The position numbers were made by a program, and so were the translations under genes. Source: an uncultured Bdellovibrionales bacterium (GTDB taxonomy: Bacteria > Patescibacteriota > Minisyncoccia > Moranbacterales > GWC2-37-73). From it: a DNA stretch of 63,917 nt. The notes under the pieces were generated by a model that worked only from the letters and a program-made list of their open reading frames with translations, did no database searches and was not told where the DNA came from. The stretch covers positions 1 to 63,917 of the forward strand of contig CAYVME010000001.1 of assembly GCA_964452415.1 (NCBI GenBank), in the 5' to 3' direction. Positions 33,669 through 43,255 of this stretch are shown here, piece by piece (position 1 is the stretch's first letter; the number at the start of each line of letters is the position of its first letter).

Positions 33669-33702
33669 GTTTTTGATAACTTTAATATTTTCCTTTTACT
33701 AA

Positions 33703-33731
33703 AGTATATATCAAGCTTTTAAAATTGTCAA
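33703..33731 (-). promoter_or_regulatory. sigma70-like promoter of hsdM (TTGACA-17-TATACT)
   Basis: The minus strand reads TTGACA attttaaaagcttgata TATACT, about 35 nt upstream of the hsdM ATG. Confidence 0.6.
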
Positions 33732-33851
33732 GCCTTCATAGGTTATCATATAAAGTCAAGCACATAACTTCTTGATTTATGGCTTAATATGGCCAAGATA
33801 TCAAATTTTACATCTCAAGTTATTGAGTATTTTGTAAGCAGGATAATACTT

Positions 33852-33885
33852 GAAATGTAACTAACTACGCAATTAGTTACATTTC
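33852..33885. repeat. perfect 13-bp inverted repeat gaaatgtaactaa-N8-ttagttacatttc just downstream of radC
   Basis: Read directly. No U-tract follows on the minus strand. Confidence 0.6.
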
Positions 33886-33907
33886 ACACAGCCAAAGTGA
33901 ACTAATT

Positions 33908-34567
33908 TCAAAAAATACGGTTTTTAATGCTACTGTAATCATTTTTCGTGACAATAACATGATCAATCACCTCAATCCCCAGGATCTTCCCTGCTTCCAC
34001 GAGGCGCTTGGTGATGGCCAGGTCATCATCTGAAGGTTCTGGATTACCCGAAGGGTGGTTGTGAGCCACGATGATCTGAGCAGCGGTGTGTTTGATGGCT
34101 GGCTCGAAAACTTCCCGCGGATGCACCAAATTAGCATTGAGCGTGCCGACAGAGATTATTTCTCGTTGGATTTCTTGATTGCGAGTGTCCAAAAAGAAAA
34201 CCACGAAATGTTCTTTCTTGTGGTCGCGGATGTCTTTGCAATTTTCCCAAACATCTTTCGGTGACAAAATAAGTGCTGACTTTTTGTCTTTCAAAATTCT
34301 TTTTCCAAATTCAAGACATGCCAGAATTTCAGAGGCTTTTGCTTTTCCCAACCCATGAATTTCACTCAATTCTTTTATGGTTGCGCTGAGCAATTTTTCG
34401 TTGGGAAATTTTTTCAGAATTTTTTTGGAAAGTTCAATCACATTGCAGTCTTTCGTGCCAGTGCGAAGCAGGATTGCCAACAACTGAGCATCCGTCAATT
34501 TTTCTGGTCCGTATTTTTCCAAAATTTCTCTTGGTCTATCAACTTTTGCAATGTCTTTTATTTTCAT
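33908..34567 (-). CDS. radC: RadC-like JAB-domain protein (UPF0758)
   Basis: N-terminal HhH region plus the JAMM motif IIVAHNHPSGNPEPSDDDLAITKRL. Confidence 0.85.
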   Translation of the reverse strand: MKIKDIAKVDRPREILEKYGPEKLTDAQLLAILLRTGTKDCNVIELSKKILKKFPNEKLLSATIKELSEIHGLGKAKASEILACLEFGKRILKDKKSALILSPKDVWENCKDIRDHKKEHFVVFFLDTRNQEIQREIISVGTLNANLVHPREVFEPAIKHTAAQIIVAHNHPSGNPEPSDDDLAITKRLVEAGKILGIEVIDHVIVTKNDYSSIKNRIF

Positions 34568-34700
34568 AGTATCAATCTTTGTTTATAGATTAATTCTACC
34601 ACGACCAAAAAGTCGTGAATAGTGATATGGTCAAACGATCATCGCTCAATCAAAACCAAAAACCCCTCACCGCAAGGGCAAAGGGTTCTTTTTGAAATCG

Positions 34701-35120
34701 TCACATCATCTCTCCCATCTTTTTCATTTCCTCTCCTGGCTCCAGGATGCCGAAGATGTTGCCATCGGTGTCGGCGAAATATCCATGCGTTCCAACTTGT
34801 GGGATCTCATATTTCTCCTTTTTCACTTTTCCTCCGGCAGCCAGAATCTTTTGTTGGTATTCGTCAAAATTGTCGACTGCCATTGTACATACAAATGCAT
34901 TGGCGCCTCCCTCGCTGGAAGCCATGATCCTTTTGCCTATGCCGCCGTCGATACCCATGGTTCCCTTTTCACCAGTCATGACCATCCAATAATCCATATT
35001 ATTGGAATCAGGTTTCTGCCATTTTTCAATTTTCCAGCCAAAAACATCACCGTAAAACTTGCCGACCCGCTCCGGATCGTCCGCGAAGACTTCAAAATGT
35101 ACTGGTCTTGGATTTTTCAT
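34701..35120 (-). CDS. VOC/glyoxalase-family protein
   Basis: HFEVFADDPERVGKFYGDVFGWKIEKW...GYFADTDGNIFGILE. Start moved to MKNPRP because the upstream gene stops at 35183. Confidence 0.7.
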   Translation of the reverse strand: MKNPRPVHFEVFADDPERVGKFYGDVFGWKIEKWQKPDSNNMDYWMVMTGEKGTMGIDGGIGKRIMASSEGGANAFVCTMAVDNFDEYQQKILAAGGKVKKEKYEIPQVGTHGYFADTDGNIFGILEPGEEMKKMGEMM

Positions 35121-35182
35121 ATGATTTTGCCCAGTTAAATTGCGAAACTTCGCGCCATTTAACTTGGACTTATTCTTAATGA

Positions 35183-35638
35183 TTAGGCTTCGCACATTTC
35201 CTTCAGCTTCTTGAGAGCTCTTGGCCACATGTCACCAAACACGACGGTCATTTCCTTGATTCCTTCTGAGGACTTCAATTCAAGATCGATTTTCAAAAGT
35301 GTTTGGGAACCCTTTTCAACAAAGGTGTAGTTTTCAGTTCCTTGGCTCCACTTTTTGGCTTCCTCGCTGATTGTGTCTTCCACTCCATTTGTCACAAGTC
35401 CAAGATGCCTGATGGAGATGAATTTTTGCGGAATGTTCTCAGCGATTTCAGAAAGCATGCCACTTTCACCCTTGCCCAAGAATTTCATCTTACTGCCTTT
35501 TTCCCAAGATCCTTCATAATATGAAGTTGGTTCAAAAGCCTTGGTCCATTGCTTGTAGGTTTCCAAATCAAGCATGGTGTCCCAAACTTTTTGCACCGGC
35601 GCATTGATGACTTCTTCAAAGTGTAGTTTTTCACTCAT
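35183..35638 (-). CDS. SRPBCC-superfamily (AHSA1/START-like) protein
   Basis: EEVINAPVQKVWDTMLDLETYKQWTKAF, typical of the Aha1/BPI-like family. Confidence 0.6.
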   Translation of the reverse strand: MSEKLHFEEVINAPVQKVWDTMLDLETYKQWTKAFEPTSYYEGSWEKGSKMKFLGKGESGMLSEIAENIPQKFISIRHLGLVTNGVEDTISEEAKKWSQGTENYTFVEKGSQTLLKIDLELKSSEGIKEMTVVFGDMWPRALKKLKEMCEA

Positions 35639-35767
35639 ATGTTTATGTTTTAATTAATTATTATCACTACATTTGGCCATGTCTTTTGGCGACGCTCTCA
35701 CCTCTTTTAATTAATACACAAAACTCAACAACTTCTTCCTGCTCGAAAAACAGAAATTTTGAACATG

Positions 35768-35794
35768 AAAAAAGCTCCCGAGGGAGCTTTTTTA
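35768..35794 (-). terminator. rho-independent (bidirectional-looking) terminator after ispH
   Basis: aaaaaagctcc cgag ggagctttttt: GC-rich stem flanked by A6 and T6. Confidence 0.75.
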
Positions 35795-36667
35795 TCAGAG
35801 GCTTTTAATCTTTTTGATAACATCTTCAATAATCCAGCCTGGGGTGCTGGCACCTGCGGTGACAGCCACTTTCTTGGCTTTGGCAAACCATTTGTCTTCA
35901 AGTTCTGAAGCTCGCTGAATGAAGTGCGATTTTGGATTGACTCTCTGAGCAATTTCAAACAAACGATTTGAATTGGCACTTTCCGGACTTCCAATGGCAA
36001 TCACCACATCATTTTCTTTGGCGAGTTGCTTGATTTCAGTTTGGCGATGATGTGTGGTCAGACAGATTGAATCAATAATTTCAGCGTGTGGATATTTTTT
36101 GGCAATTTCCTTTGAGGCTCGCTCCACAAATTCTTGGTCTTGAGTTGTTTGAGAAATCACAGCAATTTTTCTGCTCGCATCAACATCGAAACCGCAAAGA
36201 TCTTCTTCAGTTTCAATGAAGATTGCTTTTTTGCCTGCCCATTCAAAAATTCCTTTCACCTCCTTGTGATTCTTTTCACCAATAATCACAAGTTGGGTTT
36301 CACGATCAAAGAAAGTTTTGGCCAGTCTTTGCACCTTGATCACTCTTGGACAAGTTGTGTCAATCAAATCAACTTTGTGCTTTTTAGCCAAGTCATAGAT
36401 CTGCGGACCAATTCCATGTGCCGTGATCACCAAAGTTCCAACTTCGTTTTTTATCTGTTGGAAAAAATCTTCCAGGGGTCCTTCCACATGAACCTTCTTG
36501 ACTCCCATCTTTTCAATTCGATTGACCACATCATCATTGTGAACCAAGGAACCCAACACAAAAATTGGCCTCTTGATTTTGGGGTCTTTTGTGATTTTTT
36601 CAACAATATCATAGGCCCTCTGCACTCCCTCGCAGAAACCCGCATACTGACTAAGTGTTATTTCCAT
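35795..36667 (-). CDS. ispH: 4-hydroxy-3-methylbut-2-enyl diphosphate reductase
   Basis: GFCEGVQRA, LGSLVHN, ITAHG, TCPRVIKV, SQTT, VIAIGSPESANSNRL. Confidence 0.9.
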   Translation of the reverse strand: MEITLSQYAGFCEGVQRAYDIVEKITKDPKIKRPIFVLGSLVHNDDVVNRIEKMGVKKVHVEGPLEDFFQQIKNEVGTLVITAHGIGPQIYDLAKKHKVDLIDTTCPRVIKVQRLAKTFFDRETQLVIIGEKNHKEVKGIFEWAGKKAIFIETEEDLCGFDVDASRKIAVISQTTQDQEFVERASKEIAKKYPHAEIIDSICLTTHHRQTEIKQLAKENDVVIAIGSPESANSNRLFEIAQRVNPKSHFIQRASELEDKWFAKAKKVAVTAGASTPGWIIEDVIKKIKSL

Positions 36668-36730
36668 AAATTATCTTTACGGGTTAATAGCTGTCATTAT
36701 ACCCATTAAAACCCAGAAAAGCAATCACTT

Positions 36731-37540
36731 CTAACTGCTGGCACTTGAATAATGTTTCAGTGAAAATTTCCAGAAAGCTCTTGCTCCAAAAAAGAAAATG
36801 AACATCATCAAGAAAGACAGCGCCGTGAATTTCCAATCAATATTAATATTGGTCAAAATCTTGGCCGGAACAGTGGCAACGAAAGCCAGTGGCACAATGA
36901 AAGTCAAGATTCCACGCACAACTTTGTGATAATAGATGTCAATCGGATATTGAGAATTTCCAATCACTCTTTCCATTAAAATCCAAAGGCCACTACCTTC
37001 AGTTATCCAGAAACTGACAGACCTCAGAGCTAAATTAAAACTATAAAACATCAAAAAACCATTAAACAAGAGCATGCAAAACAGAAGAAAATGAACCAAA
37101 TCAAAACCAATCGTGTTTTTTATCGCGATTCCCACAAGAACACTCCCCGTGACAATCCGCGCAAAATCCTCACTGTCGCCTCGCCAAAATGAAACCAAAA
37201 ATTGGTCATCAACGGGCTTGAGCAAGATTCCATCCATTGTTCCGTCGATGATGTGCTTGTTGATTGGGTTTAGCTGTGCAAACAAGATCCACATGAGACC
37301 TTCCACAATCATATATGAACCAACCACGGCCAACATCTGATGAAATGTCCAACCAGCCAATGAATCAATATATCCAAAACTAACTTTAATAAAAAATATA
37401 TTGAAAAACATCACCAAGAAAACAGTTCCGAATCCAACAGTAAAAGCCATCGGATAGGCTGCCCTCCGCATGATGTTTATTTTTTGCAATTGCAAAAAAA
37501 TTGAGAAATATTTTTTAATTCTATATACCATAGCCTTCAT
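36731..37540 (-). CDS. ABC-2 type transporter permease
   Basis: 269 aa, about 6 TM; follows a paralogous permease and an ABC ATPase. Confidence 0.6.
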   Translation of the reverse strand: MKAMVYRIKKYFSIFLQLQKINIMRRAAYPMAFTVGFGTVFLVMFFNIFFIKVSFGYIDSLAGWTFHQMLAVVGSYMIVEGLMWILFAQLNPINKHIIDGTMDGILLKPVDDQFLVSFWRGDSEDFARIVTGSVLVGIAIKNTIGFDLVHFLLFCMLLFNGFLMFYSFNLALRSVSFWITEGSGLWILMERVIGNSQYPIDIYYHKVVRGILTFIVPLAFVATVPAKILTNINIDWKFTALSFLMMFIFFFGARAFWKFSLKHYSSASS

Positions 37541-38312
37541 ATTTTTTTAATCCTTTTTTGTATAAAAAATTCGCAAACAAATACAGGCCAACGCACCACA
37601 ACACTGGAATCAAAATGAAAGACCAATCAAAAACAGTTCTTCCAGTCACCACGCCTATCGGCACGAAAAACAAATATTTGAATGGCAGATAATTGCTGAG
37701 TGTCATGAATCCCGGCGAAAGCAAGTCCAAAGGAAGCAATCCTCCTTGCATAAAATGTATGATCGAAAAAGCTGCAAAGAAAAATCCATACGAATCAATG
37801 GTCCAGAAAGAAATTATTCCCACAACGAAATAGATTAAAAAGTACAACGCATAACTTATGAGGGACATCAAAGCAAAAAAGAAATATACTGTTTTATCAT
37901 CAGGTGTCGAGAGATAATTTCTCAACAAGAAAAATATTGCAGCAATCACTGGCATGAAAATGGCAACACGAAAGAGCAAACTACCAATTGCTTGCGAAAA
38001 TTTGTATTCAAGATATTTGATTGGCTTGAGAACGGTTCCTGTTATTTGTCCACCCTTAATCTCTTCACCAACACTCCAGGCCGTATTATCTCCAACCACC
38101 AACAATTCAAAGATGGTTATGAAAACATAATAAGAAATGATTTGCGCTAAAGAATAATTCCCAATTTGATTTCCTTGAGCATAAATGGAATTCCAAAAAT
38201 AAAAAAGGATAGCAAAAGAGAAGCATACCGAAAAAGACATGATCAAGGTATTAGCTCTGTAAATCAAGTTTTTCTTTATACTGTTGACTGCAACTGCCAG
38301 ATACTTTCCCAT
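37521..38312 (-). CDS. ABC-2 type transporter permease
   Basis: About 6 TM. Start moved to MGKYLAV (38312), next to the ATPase stop at 38314. Confidence 0.6.
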   Translation of the reverse strand: MGKYLAVAVNSIKKNLIYRANTLIMSFSVCFSFAILFYFWNSIYAQGNQIGNYSLAQIISYYVFITIFELLVVGDNTAWSVGEEIKGGQITGTVLKPIKYLEYKFSQAIGSLLFRVAIFMPVIAAIFFLLRNYLSTPDDKTVYFFFALMSLISYALYFLIYFVVGIISFWTIDSYGFFFAAFSIIHFMQGGLLPLDLLSPGFMTLSNYLPFKYLFFVPIGVVTGRTVFDWSFILIPVLWCVGLYLFANFLYKKGLKKYEGYGI

Positions 38313-38313
38313 A

Positions 38314-39297
38314 TTACTTCGTAAAAATATTTCTAATAATACTTTCAACATCCTCCTCCTCAATTTCAATATCCTTGATTTCAAAATCAGAGGAAAGAAT
38401 TTTTCCTGCCACATCCTTCACTGAATTTCGAGGAACTTCAAAAACTGCTCTGAGCGAATCGAATTCTGAAACTTTTCCAAATTTTTCAACCTCAGCCCTT
38501 GTCACCTCTTTTTCGAAAAAGATGGTAACTTTTTTATTTAACACATATTTTGAAACCAAGTCCTCCAACTGTCCATCAAAAATTATCTTTCCCTGGTCAA
38601 TGATGACAATTCTTTTGCAAAGTTGCTCAATGTCATCCATGTAATGCGAGGTCAAAATTATTGTGGTTTTTCTTTCTTGATTATATTTCCTGATGAAATC
38701 TCGGATATTTTTTTGCGCCACCACATCCAAGCCGATTGTCGGCTCATCCAAGAAAAGAACTTTTGGATTGTGAAGCAAGGCTGCAATCAATTCGCATTTC
38801 ATTCTTTCTCCCAGTGAAAGCTGACGAACTTGCTTGTTCACGATTTCTTTCACATCAAGAATTTCAATCATTTCATTGAGATTTTTTTCAAACTCAACAT
38901 CCTCAACTTCATATATTTTTTTGTTCAGCAAAAAACTTTCCATTGGCGGAAGGTCCCACCAAAGCTGAGATTTCTGACCCATCACAAAAGCAAATTGCAT
39001 TTTGTATTCCTTCTGCCTTTTGATTGGCTCATATCCCAAAACTTTCACTGTTCCACTTGTCGGTGTCAGCACACCTGAAAGCATTTTCAAAGTCGTGGTT
39101 TTTCCAGCCCCATTTGGTCCCAAAAAACCAATCAGTTCTCCTTCTTCAATCTTGAAGCTGATGTTTTTCACAGCTTCTTTAAGTTTTTTTTCGGATTTGA
39201 AAAGATTCCTGATTGAATGTTTGAGCCCAGGTTTTTTGTCGACATATTCATATGTCTTGCACAAATTTTTCACCTCAACAATTATTTTCTTTTTCAT
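38314..39297 (-). CDS. ABC transporter ATP-binding protein
   Basis: Walker A GPNGAGKTTT, signature LSLGERMK, Walker B VLFLDEPTIGLD. Confidence 0.88.
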   Translation of the reverse strand: MKKKIIVEVKNLCKTYEYVDKKPGLKHSIRNLFKSEKKLKEAVKNISFKIEEGELIGFLGPNGAGKTTTLKMLSGVLTPTSGTVKVLGYEPIKRQKEYKMQFAFVMGQKSQLWWDLPPMESFLLNKKIYEVEDVEFEKNLNEMIEILDVKEIVNKQVRQLSLGERMKCELIAALLHNPKVLFLDEPTIGLDVVAQKNIRDFIRKYNQERKTTIILTSHYMDDIEQLCKRIVIIDQGKIIFDGQLEDLVSKYVLNKKVTIFFEKEVTRAEVEKFGKVSEFDSLRAVFEVPRNSVKDVAGKILSSDFEIKDIEIEEEDVESIIRNIFTK

Positions 39298-39312
39298 ATT
39301 TTTAATTTATAG

Positions 39313-40434
39313 TTAATCTACAATTATCAATTCTTTTGGATAATTTGTAAGATTCTTGCAACCATTCTTGATTACACAAACAACATCTTCAATTCTTACT
39401 CCGCCAAATTCTGAATAATAAAGACCTGGCTCTACTGTGACAACATTTCCAATTTCAAAAACTTTTTCTCCGCCAGATTTATTGATGTATGGCTCTTCAT
39501 GCAAATCCAAACCAAGCCCATGACCAGTTCCATGCGTAAAACCCTTTTCTCCCACATCAAAACCATCGCTCAAAAAAATCTGCTGAACTTTAGCATGTAC
39601 ATCTGCAATTTTTACACCTGGCTTAATTGAATCAATTGCCATTTCTTGCGCTTTCTTTACCGACATATACATTTTAGCAATTTTTTTTGATGGAACTCCT
39701 TTTACATAAGTCCTTGTCATATCAGCAAAGTATCCGCTTTCCCTGTGCCAAGGAAATAAATCGCAAATTATTGCCTGATTTGGACGAATGAGTCCATGCC
39801 CTCTATGGTGTGGCATTGCACTTTGTGGACCACAAGAAATGATCATTCCTTCAATATCAAGAAGGCCTTGTTCAAGAAATATTTTCTCACATTCTTTTTT
39901 CAAAAATTCACTAGTTAAAGCTCGCTCTTGATAAATAATTTCTTCGTTCCTTATAACGCCCTCTCTTAATATTTTTTCAATATATTCAAATGCAAGCTTT
40001 GTTCCTGAAATTGCATTTTGAATAATTTCAACTTCATGTGGGTTTTTCTTTAAGCGCTCAGGCAAGAGCAACGACATGGGATTCAATAAAACCCCTTTTT
40101 TTCTTAGATAATCTGCCATGCTTAATGGAAATACTCCCGGAACTTCAATGCTCTCATTCAACAAGTCGTGCCTCTTAATGATTTCAAATCCAACCTTTTG
40201 CATGGTTGTTGCGTCATCTGCATCCACCGCAACCTCATTCAAAACTGATTCCAAAGTAAAGCATTCAATTGAATCGTCTTTATTATGCTCTAGAAATGCT
40301 CCGATTTCTCTCTGGTCTAGATAAATATACTTCTTACCCTCTTTTTCAATAAGGAAAAAATTATCAGGGATTTCAGCACTAACCAAATATCTCATATCAG
40401 TATTGCGAGTATTTGCGAAAAATAATTTAGCCAT
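39313..40434 (-). CDS. M24-family Xaa-Pro aminopeptidase/dipeptidase
   Basis: Metal ligands in CDLFP...DMTRT...HGTGHGLGLDLHEEP...TVEPG...RIEDVV. Confidence 0.8.
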   Translation of the reverse strand: MAKLFFANTRNTDMRYLVSAEIPDNFFLIEKEGKKYIYLDQREIGAFLEHNKDDSIECFTLESVLNEVAVDADDATTMQKVGFEIIKRHDLLNESIEVPGVFPLSMADYLRKKGVLLNPMSLLLPERLKKNPHEVEIIQNAISGTKLAFEYIEKILREGVIRNEEIIYQERALTSEFLKKECEKIFLEQGLLDIEGMIISCGPQSAMPHHRGHGLIRPNQAIICDLFPWHRESGYFADMTRTYVKGVPSKKIAKMYMSVKKAQEMAIDSIKPGVKIADVHAKVQQIFLSDGFDVGEKGFTHGTGHGLGLDLHEEPYINKSGGEKVFEIGNVVTVEPGLYYSEFGGVRIEDVVCVIKNGCKNLTNYPKELIIVD

Positions 40435-40498
40435 ATTGAACTTACAATTTAAATTTTATAAAAATCCCCCACCAAAAAGTGAGGGATTTGCAATACTA

Positions 40499-41734
40499 TT
40501 ATTTCTTGAGCAAGTTAATCAATTCTTCAACTGTCATTATTTTACTTTCTGATTCATTTCTTCTTCTTACTTCAATTCCACCAGCTTCGATTGATTTTTT
40601 GCTGATCACAACGCGAAGAGGAATTCCGATCAAATCAGAGTCAGCAAATTTTTCTCCAGCAGATGCATCTCGATCATCGAGCAAAACTTCAATTCCATTT
40701 TGCGAAAGCTGAGCATAAATTTTTTCAGCCTCTTCGTCTTGTCCAAGATTCAAAAGATGAACTGCAAACGGCGCAATATTTTCAGGCCATACAATCCCCT
40801 TTTCATCATGAAAAAGTTCAACTGCTGTTCCCATCAAACGATTAAGTCCAATTCCATAGCATCCCATGATGACTTCTTTTTCGCTTCCATCCTGATCCTT
40901 GTATTTCAGCTCAAAAGGAGCAGAAAATTTCGTCATCAATTTGAAAATATTTCCAACTTCCACCGCCTTCTCAGTTCTGAGCTGGGCATTTCCACACCTG
41001 GGACATTTGTGCTCAAGATCTTCAATGATTTCGTCATTGATTGCAATTTTGCATTTTTCACAAATATAGATCGTGTCTTCTCCGGCAGATGTCACAGTCT
41101 GAAATTCATGAGAATATTTTGTGAATGATCCACCAGATGCATAGGTCAGATATGTTTTTTCACCAATTCCAGCTCGATTGAAAACATTAACGTATGCTTG
41201 AGTTGCTTTTTCATAATATTCATCCAAGTCTTCAACATTTGCATGAAAAGAATACAGGTCTTTCATGAAAAATTCTCTTCCGCGCAAAATTCCAGACTTG
41301 GCTCTTTTTTCATCGCGAAATTTGTTTTGAATTTGAAATGTTGCTGTTGGCAAATCCTTGTATGAAAAAACAAATTTTCGAAGTGTTGGCGAAACAATTT
41401 CTTCATGAGTTGCACCAAGCGCATATTCATTTTTAGAATAGAAGCTCGTGAAACGAAAAAGATTATCCAAACTGTCCCATCTGCCAGTCTTGGTCCAATT
41501 TTCTTTTGGGCTTAGCGACGGCATGAGCAATTCGCTTGCACCCAAGGCTTCCATCTCCTCTCGAATAATGTTCTCAACTTTCTTGAAAACCTTCAACCCC
41601 AATGGCAAAAAAGTGTAGACTCCAGCCATTACTTTGTCGACATATCCGGCCCTGATCAAGAGTTGGGCATTAAGAGCTTCCTCATCTTTTGGGGCGTCCT
41701 TTCTGGTTTTGGTGAATAATTGTGATTGTTTCAT
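40499..41734 (-). CDS. proS: prolyl-tRNA synthetase without INS editing domain, with a Cys4 zinc-ribbon insert
   Basis: MKQSQLFTKTRKDAP...LLIRAGYVDKVMAGVYTFLPLG, FRDEKRAKSGILRGREFFMKD, CEKCK...CPRCG, and a C-terminal anticodon-binding domain. Confidence 0.85.
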   Translation of the reverse strand: MKQSQLFTKTRKDAPKDEEALNAQLLIRAGYVDKVMAGVYTFLPLGLKVFKKVENIIREEMEALGASELLMPSLSPKENWTKTGRWDSLDNLFRFTSFYSKNEYALGATHEEIVSPTLRKFVFSYKDLPTATFQIQNKFRDEKRAKSGILRGREFFMKDLYSFHANVEDLDEYYEKATQAYVNVFNRAGIGEKTYLTYASGGSFTKYSHEFQTVTSAGEDTIYICEKCKIAINDEIIEDLEHKCPRCGNAQLRTEKAVEVGNIFKLMTKFSAPFELKYKDQDGSEKEVIMGCYGIGLNRLMGTAVELFHDEKGIVWPENIAPFAVHLLNLGQDEEAEKIYAQLSQNGIEVLLDDRDASAGEKFADSDLIGIPLRVVISKKSIEAGGIEVRRRNESESKIMTVEELINLLKK

Positions 41735-41848
41735 ATGTATAAGTTCAAGAATTTATAAGGCTTTATATGTATATTAGCAATTTTTAATACTGTTTGTCCA
41801 ATTGGGTTTTGCATGAGTGCCTTGAATTTTCAAGGCACTCACTGCGCA

Positions 41849-42505
41849 TCAGTAAAACATATAGGGTAGACCGGTCACTCTCATTGGATTTGAAATCTGC
41901 AGGGTTTCCGGATCAATTCCAATTTTTTTTGAAATTGCCCTAATCAAGAAGTGTGGCTCATGATGGAATCTCATGTCATACGGACAATGCTCAAAGAGTG
42001 TCGAATACAATTGATCCCTATGTTTGCAACTATAATAATTTCCAGCAAAAACACCCATCTGAGCATTTGCTGTTTTGCACAAGAATGCAAAGTATGCATC
42101 TTCGAGCGTCCAATGCTCAATTCCCCCAGATTCAAAACCATCTTTTTCCAACTGTCCGGCAATAATCGGAACTATTGAAAAATCAACAACTTCCTTAATC
42201 AACTGTCCAGCAGATGAAGTGCTGTCCAAAACGCATGTGACCATTCTTTTTTTCTTGAATGCGTCAGCAAAAAGCTCTGAAACTTTATTTTTCCCCAGAA
42301 TACAGCGCAAATTTGTGTTTGCAATGTTCCCCTGATAATATTCCCAGGGATTGAAGATGTTGATAAAAACATCAACACCAGCCAAATGTAATCTTTGAAC
42401 TTGCCACGCCAATGAATTGATAATTTCATGCTTGACAACTCCCTTTTTGCCAATGATTGCTGATGTTCCCAGAGCGACTCCGACGATTGGTCTTTTTTTA
42501 CTCAT
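41849..42505 (-). CDS. hypothetical protein
   Basis: ORF 41849..42595, with the start more likely at MSKKRP (42505). No motif recognised. Confidence 0.45.
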   Translation of the reverse strand: MSKKRPIVGVALGTSAIIGKKGVVKHEIINSLAWQVQRLHLAGVDVFINIFNPWEYYQGNIANTNLRCILGKNKVSELFADAFKKKRMVTCVLDSTSSAGQLIKEVVDFSIVPIIAGQLEKDGFESGGIEHWTLEDAYFAFLCKTANAQMGVFAGNYYSCKHRDQLYSTLFEHCPYDMRFHHEPHFLIRAISKKIGIDPETLQISNPMRVTGLPYMFY

Positions 42506-42775
42506 AACATTCTCCTTTTTTGTTTGTTTTGAAAACGCATCAAAAAGATTTCCACCAGCCAATCCCCACCTCCTTTTATGTTTTTTAATGAACAAAAAAC
42601 AGCCCTTTTTATTAGGCTGCTTGGGAATATATACAAGATTTCTAGCTTAGAATATTCTATACACACATAAACAGCCTAATTTTCTAGGGTTTGCGGGCTG
42701 CGGAATATTAATTATGTGTTGAATATTTTTCATATAATTATCTTGCCATTCTGATCCATTTTTGTCAATACTTTT

Positions 42776-43228
42776 CTATTTTCGAATCTTTTCGGCGGTT
42801 TTCACCAGGGATTCATTGTCGGCAAGCTTTGCGTCATGCGATGAAATATAGCCAGGGTATTTTTCAAAATATGTTTCGATGTCGCTGTGAACAGCTTCCC
42901 ATTTTTCTTGTTTCGTTCCATGCATCGGAAAAAGTTTGGCATGCACATGATCAACCCCAAAGCCTTCGAAAACCAAAGCTGTTCTTCCCACATCTTCAAA
43001 TTTAGAATCGATAAGCTTGGCAACAGTTCGCGCAGCCTCAATCAACTCGCATCGCACATCCTGAGGCAAATCAAAAACATAGCTTGAATAATGTTTTTTG
43101 GGAATCACCACGCTGACACCTTCGGTGTTTGGAAAAATTGAAAGGAAGGCCAAAAAGTTTTCATCTTCCCAAATCTTGTGACTTGGAATTTCTCCTGCAA
43201 CAATTTTACAAAAAATACAATCGTTCAT
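42776..43228 (-). CDS. HIT-family (histidine triad) protein
   Basis: CIFCKIVAGEIPSHKIWEDENFLAFL... and the triad VDHVHAKLFP. Confidence 0.8.
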   Translation of the reverse strand: MNDCIFCKIVAGEIPSHKIWEDENFLAFLSIFPNTEGVSVVIPKKHYSSYVFDLPQDVRCELIEAARTVAKLIDSKFEDVGRTALVFEGFGVDHVHAKLFPMHGTKQEKWEAVHSDIETYFEKYPGYISSHDAKLADNESLVKTAEKIRK

Positions 43229-43255
43229 ATTTTTTTGTTTAAAAAATATTTCTTA

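Noticed and set aside
24107-33693. Direct repeat aactttaata at both edges of the R-M block (about 24113 and about 33679), considered as a target-site duplication.
   Set aside because: It is only 10 nt of pure A/T-rich sequence in an AT-rich genome, so a chance match is likely. No integrase or transposase gene is present.
33852-33885. 13-bp perfect inverted repeat, considered as the operator for the MerR-like HTH of HsdM.
   Set aside because: MerR-type operators lie between the -35 and -10 boxes. The good hsdM promoter is at 33703..33731, about 120 nt away. The repeat is more simply a 3' hairpin of radC, although it lacks a U-tract.
42598-42768. Possible small RNA between the HIT gene and the next hypothetical gene: TTGACA-17-CAAGAT, followed by a CAGCC/GGCTG hairpin and a T6 run.
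   Set aside because: The -10 box is mediocre and the stem is only 5 bp with a 10-nt loop. The region is equally well explained as the leader or promoter of gene 41849..42505.
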